From the human T2T-CHM13v2.0 reference genome, Homo sapiens: 64,000 nt of DNA. The notes beneath the pieces are model-generated. The model searched no databases. It was not told where the DNA came from and was given only the letters and a program-made list of their open reading frames with translations. The stretch lies in assembly GCF_009914755.1 (NCBI RefSeq), contig NC_060925.1. The stretch is one strand, 5' to 3'. Below, one piece after another: positions 48,501 to 64,000 of the stretch. Position numbers and translations under genes: made by a program. How positions within the stretch are numbered: the first letter of the stretch is position 1; the number at the start of each line of letters is the position of its first letter.

Positions 48501-50058
48501 CTGTGGGTTAAATGCCTTGGAAAAGCATTCTATGCTAGACAGAGAAATCTTTCTTGAAAGGAAGAGTCAATGACACTTCATTGTCTTATTTTTAAAAATT
48601 GTCACAGCAACTCCAACCTTCAGCAACTTCCATTGTGATCAGTTAGCAGCCATCAACATTGAAGCAAGACTCTCCATCAGCAAAAAGATTATGACTCACT
48701 GAAGGCTTAGTTGATTTTTAGTGTTTTTTAGCAATAAAGTATTTTTAAATTAAGGTGCGTACATTGTAGACATAATAATGTTGCACCTTTAATAGAATAC
48801 AGTGTAGTGTAAACACAGCTTTTATATGCACTAGGAAACCAAACAATTTGTGCAACTGTGTTATTGTGAGATTTACTTTATTTTGGTGGTCTGGAACCAA
48901 ACTTGCTTATATTAAATAATATTTACTTTTGAAGAGTCTCAATTGTGCTTTTATTGGATTGACATATTTCTAGAGTCAATTCAGTTTTATATATTTGAAT
49001 ATTAAACTTCATGGGCAAAATTATGAAAAGGAGTATGTGTAATAGAAGTCGATAAATGAAAAAATTTAAATGCCAGATGTAAGTACTTTGCTTGCATTTT
49101 AAACCCATAGGATCCAAATATGTTGAAAGCAATATACTTTCTGAATACACATTGAAGAAATGCTCATTGTTTTTTGGGTTAGCATATTATTTCTCGTTAT
49201 CAACTCAATTTTTTTCTAAAAAAATTTTATTTTTTAGCTAATTGACACTTAATGTTTTTTCTTCCCATTAATTTGCTTTCTTTTACTCTTTGTGTATGTT
49301 GGTTGTTCTTAGAATTATGAAAAATATAATATATTAATAGGTACCACTTATTTTTGTCCAAGATAATTTGTCATTGTTGTTTGCTATCCTTGGAATATTT
49401 CAAAAACTGTACTTGCTGCCAAGTAGCAGCAAGTAAAATTGTCCTTCTAAAAAAATAAAATAATACTCCCCAACAAATATCCTTAGGATCTGCTAGCAGC
49501 CACACATGAAATTCAGGCACTTTGCTCTGGTTATTGTTGTCATCCTCAATTCCTCGTTTAGTTATTACTTAGCTTTTACTGTTTTTACAACCATATTCAA
49601 AGAGGCTAGATTTGTTTATAATGTATATAACTGTGAATATACTATAAAATTAGAGACTATAAGACAACAATTTTGAAGAATAATATATAATTTAGTCACT
49701 CTAGTAAACATACTACCTATAATGCATTCATGTTTTAATGACTGGTTTTCTTGATAATATTTTGTGGAGTAGAGACAAAATTCCCCATCCCATTACTAAT
49801 GCAGATAGTTAAAATGCCAAACAAGTATTTGTGCCACAAAGATATGTTAACATGTTTAATAGAGACATTATTTTGATCACATTAAAATGTCAGGGGAAAG
49901 ATTGCATTTAAAAACAGAAATCATCAGAAAATACAATAAATGTGTTTCTTGCATCTACACAACACCTGATAGGTTATTCCTGGAAAGGGTCACCACTGGA
50001 GATGTATTAAGTTCTATGTTAAGCACTCTGGCATTTGTTGAACTCCATTTTGGTATAG

Positions 50059-50405
<347 letters not shown>

Positions 50406-51169
50406 AACCTTTTCCTTTTAACTCGACTTCAAATTAACTGACAGTTTTTCTCTGCACACTTCCTGCTTTTACCTCCTATTTTGCACTCGCGTTTGCACAT
50501 TAGGCCTCCTACATCACCACTACAGTCTGTTACCTCTTTTGTCAACCCTCCGAATAAGCCGCATAAACTACAGGAGTGGGAGAACTAACAAAAGCAGCAT
50601 GCTGTAGAGGCATCCCTCATAACCCACTCCTTGCAACAGTTGCTATCTAAATTCGCTCTTTTTTATTTGCTGCTTCTTTCACCAGATAGTCACTTCATTT
50701 CTTTGAGGTTTCTCCAATGCTTTTTTAGAACATATTTCTTTACTACAGTTTCATCCAATTTCCTTTAGCATAACTTGCTAAAACTTTTATTTTAATATAG
50801 AGAGGCATTGCAATAAAGAAGAAAAGAATTAAAATCTCAGATAACTTGTCTTTTAAAGGAGAAATTTTAAAAAACACATAGGAATAAGTTAAATGCAGAG
50901 CTGGATAACTCAGAAAATAATACAGGTGTTAATTTTATATCATCTTAGTTGACAAAATTCCAGACCACTGTGCATTATATTGAAATAATTGAAATAAGCG
51001 GGGCATTGAAACATTGTGAATTATAAACTCCAGAGAACAATGAAATTTTCAGAATTTATAGTAACAATTTTTTTTAACAATGAGTTTGAGTTTTAGATAT
51101 TTGGATACTATCTCAAGGAATTTACTTTTTTTTTTGAGTGGTTAGATTTTACAAGGTTATTTTACCCCC

Positions 51170-52550
<1,381 letters not shown>

Positions 52551-53959
52551 TTAATATCTATTTTAAGTAAACTTTATTAATGTGAATACTATGCAGACAT
52601 TTTCATATTTCAGTTCCTATTCTTAAATGTCTTCTAGACTTACTGCAATATGCAATATAATGCAAATGATACAAAATACATTAGAGAGTCTTCTGTCAAT
52701 AATAAAAGAACCTTCTTCAAAATCCTTTCAGTCTTTAATAATTAGATACTGCATAATTAAAACCTTCTTTTACATATAAACACACACACACAAACACAGA
52801 AGCATATATGTTAAAGTGTAGAGAGTTGAGATATACCAACAGCAACAACTTTTGTGTAAGATAAATGTGGAAAACACTCAAATTTAGACCTAATTGCACT
52901 AGGCATAAAGAGACAAAATTGTTCATTATTAAACTGGGAAATCAGTGAAGATTAGGTGTAAGTAGCTTCTGAATTGGGCCCCAGAATACGAAAGGCTTTC
53001 TAAAGTAAAGTGACATTTTTGAAGGGGAATTAATTGAACTTTTGAATCACATGGTAATTAGATGGATTAATATAAATATTTTTTTTCTGACAAAAGCTCT
53101 GAAGCTGTTTGAGCTTAATAGGTTGTGTTAAATATCACCACACCGAGCTTAACAATGTGAACGACTCTATACCTGGTGCTATTAAATGAAGTTGCTTTTA
53201 GAAAAATACTGGATATTTTGATTAGGGCAAAAGTGAACAAATTTTAAAGATGGCACCCTTGAAGATGTTTTAAAATAAGGTCAGTGACCAAATGTATCTG
53301 ACCTTTGAATGTTGCAAAATGTCATTCTAATCTTGAAGTATAGAGTGAGAATAACATTCCATTTACCATGGTTAGAAAATGATACATTTAGATTCTTGCT
53401 TATATATTACGATCAACAGAAAATCTAGTAAAATCTATTTTATGTAAAATAAAAAGAGCCATAAATATTATTCTTCTAGTAAAATGATTTTTTGTCAAAT
53501 ATTTACTTTTGAGTTATCAAGTATTTGATCCAAGAAAAAGAGTATATGATCAGGGTTAGTTCTTGCTTACCTCTTAAAGGTACATACACCATAAAAAAAT
53601 AGAAATCACTGAATTTTTATATGTATTGATTATATATTCTATGCTGAATGGCATTTTATTGGGTGAGAATAAGAACAAAGCATTGTAAAACAACTTGACA
53701 AGAACTTAAAGTGCAGTTGAAAAGGAGAACAATGCAAGAACAAAACATGCTTTACATTATGCTAAAGGGTCTACAAGGATCTTTGACTTTCAGAGAATAA
53801 CTAACAATATGCAGGCTGAAACTACCGTACAAATACAGTACTTGGAACATTAATACTTGGAACATTGCAAATTGTTAGAACTAGGTAGGGAAAGTGAGAC
53901 TGTTTTATATTGGGAGCAAACAAATACAAATGCATAGCAAAAAGTTCAGTGTGGGGAAG

Positions 53960-54264
53960 TTTTTTTTTTTTTTTTTTTTTTTTTTGACGGAGTTTTGCTC
54001 TTGTTGCCCAGGCTGGGGTGCAGTGGCATAATCTCAGCTCACTGCAACTTCCGCCTTCTGGTTTCAAGCTATTCTCATGCCTCAGCTTCCTGAGTAGCTG
54101 GGATTACAGGCACCCACCATCACACCCTACTAATTTTTGTATTTTTAGTAGAGATGGGGTTTCACCATGTTGGCCAGGCTGGTCTCGAACTTTTGGCCTC
54201 GTGATCCGCCCGCCTCGGCCTCCCAAAGTGCTGGGATTACAGGCGTGAACCACTGCATTCAGCC
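53960..54264 (-). mobile_element. AluS
   Basis: Full Alu with a T26 tail. Confidence 0.95.
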
Positions 54265-54967
54265 AAGGATATTTTAAGAACAATGTTAAGTATATAATAT
54301 GATTTAATAAAAAGACTCCGGGGAAAGCAAACTAAATTTGTTGAGCACCACCCACTATCCCAAGTAATGTACTACCCCTGTAGGGTTGTTTATTGTTATC
54401 ACTAAAATCCAAATGCATCTTCCAAGCCCAAACATCTGAGAAGTGGCTGTCTGCACTGAGATTCCAATTTAGGTTCAGTAGTTGCTTGTGTACCTGTGAA
54501 CTGCTATTCTGGTCTTACTACTGACTCAAGCTACTGACTTATTACTTGTGTTTACATTTAAAATAGAATGTTGTGATTATAAAGTGATTTATATTGTCTG
54601 GCAGAACCATTGTTTTGTTTTCAGAATTTGAGATTACTATATGTTTTCCTTTATGTAATTTTCCACAATATACTAATTTATAATCCTTATGCATTCACCA
54701 AATGGGTCTGTGTGAAGACAGATATGTGTAAAAATGGCAACCAAATATATAAAAATAACAATATAACTGTGATGTTATAAAATAGAAGCTTAAACAGGCT
54801 TCTTCATGGGGTGTAGTCTTCATGGAAAAGTCATTATATCTCGATCTTGAAGAATAACTTGAATAACTACAGACAGAAATAGAACATAAGACATTAAATC
54901 AGTAAACTGAGTAAAGGCACAGACATCTGAAAAACTAGACCTCTCCGGGAATTAGGGATGTTGCTAA

Positions 54968-55523
54968 TATTAGTTATCTACTACTGTGCAATGAATTATC
55001 CCACTACTTATCAATTATCCCACTACTTAGCAATTTTAAATGGCAGGTGTTTATTATATCATTATTACTATGGATTAGAAATTGGGGAGTAGCTCAGTTG
55101 AACGATTCTGACTCAGAGTCTGCTACAAGGTGGGAGTTAAGCTGCCTTGTCTACAGTCATCTCAAGGCTCTTCTGGGACTGGAGAATCTGCTTCTTTGTT
55201 CACTTCCACAGTGGTTGGTGTCCTCAGTTCCTCACTGAATTTTGGCCGAGCCTTCTGATTTCATCGTGTGAGTCTTTCCATAGGGCTGCTTACAACGTGA
55301 CAGCTTGCTTCCCTTAGAGCGACAGCTCCATGAAAGGGAAATAGAGAGAATCCAAAATGAAAGTTATCTTTTCATACCTGGTAGTAGCATACTATCACTT
55401 CTGCCAAATGCTATTTGGTCACAAATAGTAACTACGGTGCAATACGGGAGAGAATTAAACAAAGATGTGAACAGCAGAAGACAGGAATCATTGGAGGCCC
55501 TATTGGAGACTGGCTACTATACA
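54968..55523 (-). mobile_element. MLT1E/F-type MaLR LTR
   Basis: TATTAGTTATCTACTACTGTGCAATGAATTATCCC...GGAATCATTGGAGGCCCTATTGGAGACTGGCTACTATACA; contains a 19-bp tandem duplication at 54994-55029. Confidence 0.8.
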
Positions 55524-55547
55524 GAACAGAGAATTTCATACAACCAC

Positions 55548-55743
55548 AAATGATTCTCAATTCCTAACCTCCTCTTTCTAGACATTGAAAGTGTTGGAGA
55601 GAATGTGAACTGAAGGTGTTGCTACTGGCATCTAGTAGATAGAGGCCAGAGATACAGATAATCACCCCACAATGCTCAGAATGGCTCCCACAAAAAATTA
55701 TCCATTCCAAAAATGTCAATAGTACTGAGGTTGAGAAACAATG
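55548..55743 (+). mobile_element. MER20 hAT-Charlie MITE
   Basis: TGCTACTGGCATCTAGTAGATAGAGGCCAGAGAT..AAAATGTCAATAGTACTGAGGTTGAGAAAC. Confidence 0.88.
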
Positions 55744-56056
55744 CTGAGCCAAGCTAGAAAGTATTCAGGAGGCTATAATAAAAATAATTGATGGCATGTC
55801 AGTGCTCTAGATATTATTTTCATGGACTATTCTGAGTGAGCTAATGAAAGAGATACTAAAATAAAACAAAGGAAGCAAAAGTAGTACAAAAAAATAAATA
55901 ACTAAAATAAAATAATCAGAATTTTAAAAACTCAAGCGTTTATTTCAGGTAATCAGGTTGCCTATATGTATAATCAAATAAAAACTTGTAATAAATAAAC
56001 TAACAAATTATCTTTGAAACTTTCAATAAAAATTACACTTATATAAACTAGAAAAT

Positions 56057-56243
56057 AAGTGGGTTACTTGAGGCCAAGTATTCAAGACCAGCCTGGCCAA
56101 CGCAGTGAAACCCTGTCTCTACTAAAAATAAAAAACTTAGCTGGGTGTGGTGGCACATACCTGTATCTTGTTTCTCAGCTACCTAGGAGGCTGAGGCTCA
56201 AGAACTGCTGAACCCAGGGGACAGAGTGTACAGTAAGCCAAGT
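56057..56243 (+). mobile_element. Alu internal fragment, truncated at both ends
   Basis: Runs from left-arm B-box region to right-arm CAGTAAGCCAAG; no tail or TSD. Confidence 0.85.
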
Positions 56244-56249
56244 CTGCTA

Positions 56250-59030
56250 TTTTGAACATTATATTTAGATTTTCTCTGGTTTTTATTTCTCATTTTTCAC
56301 ATTTTTTGGAGAGTTTTTTATTATTTCTGTTTGTCCATCTATTACTGCAGGACTTAAATATTACATTACATAAAAGTTTACTTTTGTGGTGGTAGTTTTG
56401 AAACTCTGCAATTGCAATTAATCATATATCTGAATAATTAAAGAAACTTGTTATGCTCGTCTTCATACCATTGCTTCCTACTTTTATATTTAATGTTATT
56501 TAATTGTTTTTCCATTAGTTTCATTTTATATCACCTCTGGAATTACAGGCATTTAGTCAATATTGTTTTGAATATGCAATATTTATTTAGCTTATTCACA
56601 TTCTCTTTACTGGCTTTTCCTTTTTGCATCTCAGAGAAATCTCTATTGAGATAACTTTTCTTCTTAAAATAAGACCTCTAGAATTTCTATTAGAACCTGT
56701 ATTTTTGGACAAAATGCATCTTTTTTATTTAAGAAAGTCTTTACTTGTTCTCATTCTTAAAAGTTACTTTTGTTGATTATATAGAGGCTGACAGTAACTT
56801 TCTCAAAAATTTTATGATATCAAACATTTTGGGGGCTTTCATTTTTGTTGGTGAGAAGTTATCTAACTTTTGGATGTTAATTCATTTTAGTTAAAATGTT
56901 TTTTCTAGCTTTGTGATAATATATTCTTTTATTGTGTGCATATGTTTGTGCTTATATTCACATATGTGTGTGTTCTGCAGTTAGAAAAAAATAAGTGCAG
57001 GATTTTCATTTTTTTATGTTTTTGATTTTTGAGGGATCTTCATCTGAGTAATTATGACATTCTACTTTGGGAAATTTATTAGTATGTAACTGGAAATACT
57101 GAGTCTACCAGTTTTCTCTATTTACTCCCTCTGGAATACTAATTAGATACATGTCTAGGCACTCATGTTCCAACCTTCGTATTTTTTTTTCTCTCATGTT
57201 CTTTCTATCTTTGTCTCTACGTGAACTTTGAGTTTCCTAGTCCAAACTCGGGTGAGAGAAGGCCTGAGGTAAAACATTTTCAGGATAGACGTGCAATTTT
57301 CGTCCAAAGTCCAAAGAATGAGTAAGCCAATTTTTACTTCTATTAATCTGAGATTGGGTGTGCATCTCTAAATTACAACATATCTATTTAAATCTGTCTA
57401 TCTCTCTATTTTTGTCTCAATCTCTATTTCTCTATCTAGCTCAGAGATCTCTGCTATTTAAACCTGGGGAGAAGGGAAGATGGAAGTTTCAGGAACTCAC
57501 TATTAAGACAAAGGGCATCAATGACTACCCAATATTTATTCTCCCCTTTTTACTTGGAAATAAACCCTGATGTTTATTTTGGGTTACAATGTATCTACTA
57601 CATATCTCATCATTCTGTATAGATAGAGTTATCACAAGAAATATTCACTTTGATCCTTTGGTAGGAGTTTTGGAAACAGTATGGAAATTGCATACTCCAT
57701 ATGCAATTTCTTCACATTTGGAATACAATGAAAATATGAGGATTTCAATTAGTCCTAATTGGACTTTGTGTGTGGATGAGTATTAAGAAAAAACAAACAA
57801 ACAAACAAAAAAAAACACCACTAAACACTGTTTTTGGCCTGAGGCTCAGATGACTTTATGGAGTCATCAGAAATAATTAAACATGGAATACGTAAGTCAC
57901 TGTAGAGTCACAGAAGTTAAGACCATAGGTGGGAGCAATTTCAGCTAGGAAATTTATAAAAGGATTTTAGAAAAAAAATGCAATGTGGTACTGAAGGCTT
58001 TTGTTTGGGGACTTCAGCAGAAAAAAAACAAACCAAACCCAAACAAAAACACAATAATTGAGGCATTTTGTTATAGTAAAAGATTACATGTAGTTGAATG
58101 GCTTAAAATGTGCTTTTACTACTTTGCATAGACACCTGCAATGGATGAGAATTTTAGATACTCCACATATTTGTCAACACTTCATATTAAAAATCGTTTT
58201 AAATTTTAGCCATTCTAGAGAAAGGTTGGCAAACTTTTTAAAAATAAAAGTCAGGGTGAAAATATTTTTAGTCATGTTAGCCATATGGTTTCTGTTGCAA
58301 CTACTCAATTTTGCTGCTGTAAAATAAAAGCAGACAACATCAAAACAAATGAGAGTAGGTGCACTCCAATAAAGGCAGCAGGCCAGGTTTGAACTTTGGG
58401 CCAGTTGTTGAGCCTTGATAGAGGATGTGCAGTAATACTGTCTGTGGTTTTAATATGCATGTCCTTGATGATTAACTATATTAAGCATATTTTCAGGGGC
58501 TTATTGGTCATTTGAATATCTTCTCTTGTGAAGTGTCTTTTAGAATACTTTTTAACAAATTTTTGCATCGTTTTCTATTGACAATTTATTCACAAGAGGT
58601 TTTTACATACCAGTTATAAGTCATTTGTCAAATATGTACATTTCACATATTTTATTTCAGTGTGTTGTTTGCTCTTTGGTTTTATGGTATTAACATTGCA
58701 AAACCAATTTAAAATATTTTATGGTCCATCTTTTTTTGTGGACTATGTAAAATTTCACTATTTCATAAAACCATAACATTTTCTTCTACTTTTTTTCCCA
58801 GAAGACGTAATGTTTTATCTTTTATACTTAAATCTCTTATGTCTTTCAAGTTAAGTTATATACATAGTTTAAGGAATGGACGAAGTTCCTATTTATACAT
58901 ATGGATACCCAATTGTTGCAACAGAAGTTTTTTTTAAAGGCTCTTCTTTCCCTGCTGAATTACCTTTAATTATTTTTGTTCTATTGATGCACATGTCTAT
59001 CTTTACATCAACACCACAATAACCTTTAAA
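56250..59030 (-). mobile_element. Ancient L1ME/HAL1-like fragments (patchy)
   Basis: Antisense L1 text at 56250-57230 and 58080-59030, e.g. GGTCATTTGAATATCTTCTCTTGTGAAGTGTC. Confidence 0.55.
58220..58417. mobile_element. MER58A hAT-Charlie MITE
   Basis: GGTTGGCAAACTTTTT..CCATATGGTTTCTGTTGCAACTACTCAATTTTGC..CCAATAAA. Confidence 0.8.
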
Positions 59031-59034
59031 AATC

Positions 59035-59654
59035 ATTATTGTGGTAAAAACATGTAACATTAGTTACAGTCTCTTAAATTTTTAAGTGCACAATTTAGTG
59101 TTGTTAACTATAGTCACAATGTTTTACAGCAGATCTCTATATTATTCATCTTGTATAACTGAAACTTTATATGCGTTGAACAACAACTCCCTCTTTCTCC
59201 TCTCCTCAGCTTTTGGCAAATACCATTCTACTCTTTGGTTTCATGAGTTTAGCTACTTTAGGTGGAATACCACACACAGGTGGAATCCTGCAATCTTTGT
59301 CCTTCTGCGACTGGTTTATTTAGCATAATGTCCACCAGTTCATGCATGTTTTCACAGATGGCAGAATTTCCTCTTTTTAAAGGCTGAATAATATTTCATT
59401 TTACATATATAATATATATACATATACATACATATATATATATATACACATACATGTATATATATAAAAAATGCATTTTCTTTATCCATTGGTCTGCCGA
59501 TGGATTTAACTTATTTCCATATCCTGGCTAGTATGAATAATGATGCAAGGAATATAGGAGTACAGATATCTTTTTAAGATCTTGATTTCAATTCTTTTGG
59601 AAAAACACCTGCAAAATGGGATTGTTGAATAATACAATAGTTATATTTGTAGTT
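59035..59654 (-). mobile_element. L1MA8-10-type 3' end
   Basis: TTTTTAAGTGCACAATTTAGTGTTGTTAACTATAGTCACAATGTTTTACAGCAGATCTCT; (TA/CA) run at 59403-59466. Confidence 0.85.
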
Positions 59655-59710
59655 AAATAATCTGTTTCACAACAATGTGAATATACTTATCATTACTGAC
59701 CTGTAAACTT

Positions 59711-61393
<1,683 letters not shown>

Positions 61394-61399
61394 TAGTTA

Positions 61400-62920
61400 G
61401 TCTGGAAATCGGCTTCCTTATGATACATGTTTACATGACATTACTTTTTTCATTATTTTTAATCTCAATGTTATCATATTTAATATATTTTCTTGTTCAT
61501 ATACAGATGGATCTTGCACTTTTCTCTTTTAAATGTAACGTATATATAATTTATTTACATTTTAATTAATAATGGGGTGTGATCTATTCAATAATATAAA
61601 GTCTTGCTATTCATTTTTTGGTCCCATGTAGTCTTTGTTCCCCTTTTCTTTTTTTCCTGCATTCTTTTAGATTAATTTTTAAATTAATCTATATTGGGCA
61701 ATTAGCTATAACTATAACTTCCTTATTTTTTAGTAGTTGCCCTAGGGCTCAAAAAATATATATTTAACTCGTCACTAATATCAAATCATATTATTCCATT
61801 TCACATGTTAAATAAAAAGCATTACAAAAGTATACTTAAATTTCTTCCATCATTTGTTAATTTTCACACTTGTTAAATTTGTCCAACATTTTAAAATTTC
61901 ACACATACAATCTGTACATATTTTATAAATAAATAAATATTTTAATTGTCTTTGACAGAGCTGATTTAAAAAGATTAAAAATTAGGACAATTTTTTTTTT
62001 AATTTACCCACATATTTACTATTTGGGATACTCAACTTTTTTGAGCAAGAAATACTTCCTTAACATATCTGTAGAACCATTCAATTAATCACAAGTTCGT
62101 TCAGCTTTGATATGCCTCAAAATATCTTTCTTGTTTTAACTTCCGTTTGAACATTATTTTCACTGTTAATATAGTAATAGGTCTATGTAGGTTTTTTTCC
62201 CCTCCAGAACTTTCTAGATGTTATTTTATTGACTTCTGGTTGGCATTTTTAAATATTAAACAAGCATTACAACTTTGTCTTTGTCACCCTGTAAGAAATA
62301 TGTCTTTTTTTCTTTTTCCACGAAGATTTTTCTCTTTATTAGTGGCTTTACAGAAATTTGATTATTTTACATTTTGGTGTACTTTATTCTTGTTGGGTTT
62401 TGTTCAGCTCTTTGAATATGAAAATATATAATTTTCATCAGATTAAAAATATCCATTATTTATTTCTTTAAGTATTTTTCCTGCTCTGTCTGCTGTTCCT
62501 CTTCTATTCCAATTACATATACGTTGGACCACTTGAAATTTTTTGACAGGTGACTGAAGCTCTATCAATTATTTTATTTTTTATTACCTATGTGCTTTTT
62601 TTGAATACTTTTAATGTTCTGTCTTCAATTGCAGTACTTTCTTTTCTTCATTGTCTAATTTTCTCTTTTGCCTATACAGTGAATATTTAACTACAATATA
62701 ATTTCCAGCTCAATTTATTTTTTAAATATTCTTTGTTTTTAATGTTTTTACTTTTTTATTCTTAACCATGAATACATTCAAAATAACCCTCTTAAAGTTC
62801 TTATCTGTTGATTCTACATTTTTGTCGTTTAATTGCCTCCTTTTATTCCTTCTCTTAACTAAACTTTCTCCTGATTATGGGCCATATAGTCTTGCTGCTT
62901 CTCATATTCACGACTTTTTG
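61400..62920 (-). mobile_element. Ancient L1M fragments
   Basis: Diverged antisense L1 text, e.g. CCAATTACATATACGTTGGACCACTTGA. Confidence 0.5.
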
Positions 62921-62921
62921 T

Positions 62922-63075
62922 TCCAGAAAAGTGTGATTTATTTACTATAATAAAATATACATACAGATATATTTTAAATATGTGTATATATAAATATATC
63001 ACACTCCAGAAGAATGTGATTTACTTTACTAAAATGAAATATAAATATGGATATATTATAAATTATTACTTGGAA
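62922..63075 (+). repeat. Imperfect 83-bp tandem duplication in an AT-rich block
   Basis: TCCAGAAAAGTGTGATTTATTTACTATAATAAAATATACATACAGATATATT at 62922 versus TCCAGAAGAATGTGATTTACTTTACTAAAATGAAATATAAATATGGATATATT at 63005. Confidence 0.8.
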
Positions 63076-63344
63076 TAATATATATAGATATATTATAAAT
63101 ACTCTATAATATAACACACTATAATACATAATCTATTATATATTATTACACAATTTAGATATAAATTTATACAGTATTATACTATGTATATATAAATTTT
63201 ATAATCTAAAAATTTTATTCCAAGTGGTTATTTAACATGCAGAACAGCTTGATTTTTTCAAAGTGTTTTATGGCTGAGCTGGAGTTAGTTTGCTCTAGGG
63301 CTAGTTTAGATCTACTGTTAAATTGCAACTTTTTTGGATTACTA

Positions 63345-63692
<348 letters not shown>

Positions 63693-63779
63693 TCACTACT
63701 ATAGATGACTTACTCTAGTTTTTTGTGGGTATCGTTCTGCATATAGTTTCCCTGTAGTTTTAGTTTTCCTGATAGTCTT

Positions 63780-63811
63780 TTGTTGTTTTGTTTTTGTTTT
63801 GTTTTGTTTTG
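63780..63811 (+). repeat. (TTTTG)n simple repeat
   Basis: Direct inspection. Confidence 0.9.
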
Positions 63812-64000
63812 ACCAGGCTATAGATTCTAACTCTGTGCATCTACAGCTTAGTATGTATCCCAAGGTGAAGTGAACCCTTATTCATACTTCATGAGTTTGA
63901 TTTCTGTGTATCTTCCTTTTTTCAGGTACTGTGCCACGAAATTCCAGCCTCCTTCACCTCTCTGAACTCTGGTGTGTGTGTCTTTAATTCGGTGAGATCA

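Larger units (their letters stand above)
46306..48912 (+). mobile_element. Tigger1 (TcMar-Tigger) DNA transposon, near full length; right TIR eroded
   Basis: 5' TA|CATGTGCACACCTCATT..ATTGTGCTTCACAGATATTGC; 3' TTTATTTTGGTGGTCTGGAACCAAACTTGC; transposase text throughout. Confidence 0.93.

Noticed and set aside
53839-53866. Short tandem duplications (TACTTGGAACATT x2; also 54994-55029)
   Set aside because: Ordinary slippage indels with no sign of function.

Overview
This is AT-rich primate genomic DNA, very likely human because it carries a near-perfect AluYc1-type element. It is non-coding and roughly two-thirds interspersed repeat. I see no credible protein-coding exon, RNA gene, CRISPR array or operon. 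The ORF-track entries are broken LINE-1 ORF2 pieces, Tigger1 transposase remnants, Alu read-throughs or low-complexity noise. The window holds about a dozen LINE-1 segments of different ages, mostly on the minus strand; three of them carry 5' inversions. It also holds about 18 Alus, many with clear target-site duplications (TSDs), several MaLR/ERV1 LTRs, a near full-length Tigger1 with a nested hAT MITE, MER20/MER58/MER5 MITEs, L2/MIR relics and microsatellites. I did not find a new biological system. The best second-look items are a very young AluYc1 candidate, a MER61-like LTR with a damaged p53 element, three inverted L1s, a both-end-truncated L1PB, and several fold-back or templated-insertion scars. 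Subfamily names are from memory of consensus sequences and need RepeatMasker/Dfam confirmation. Boundaries of old elements are approximate.
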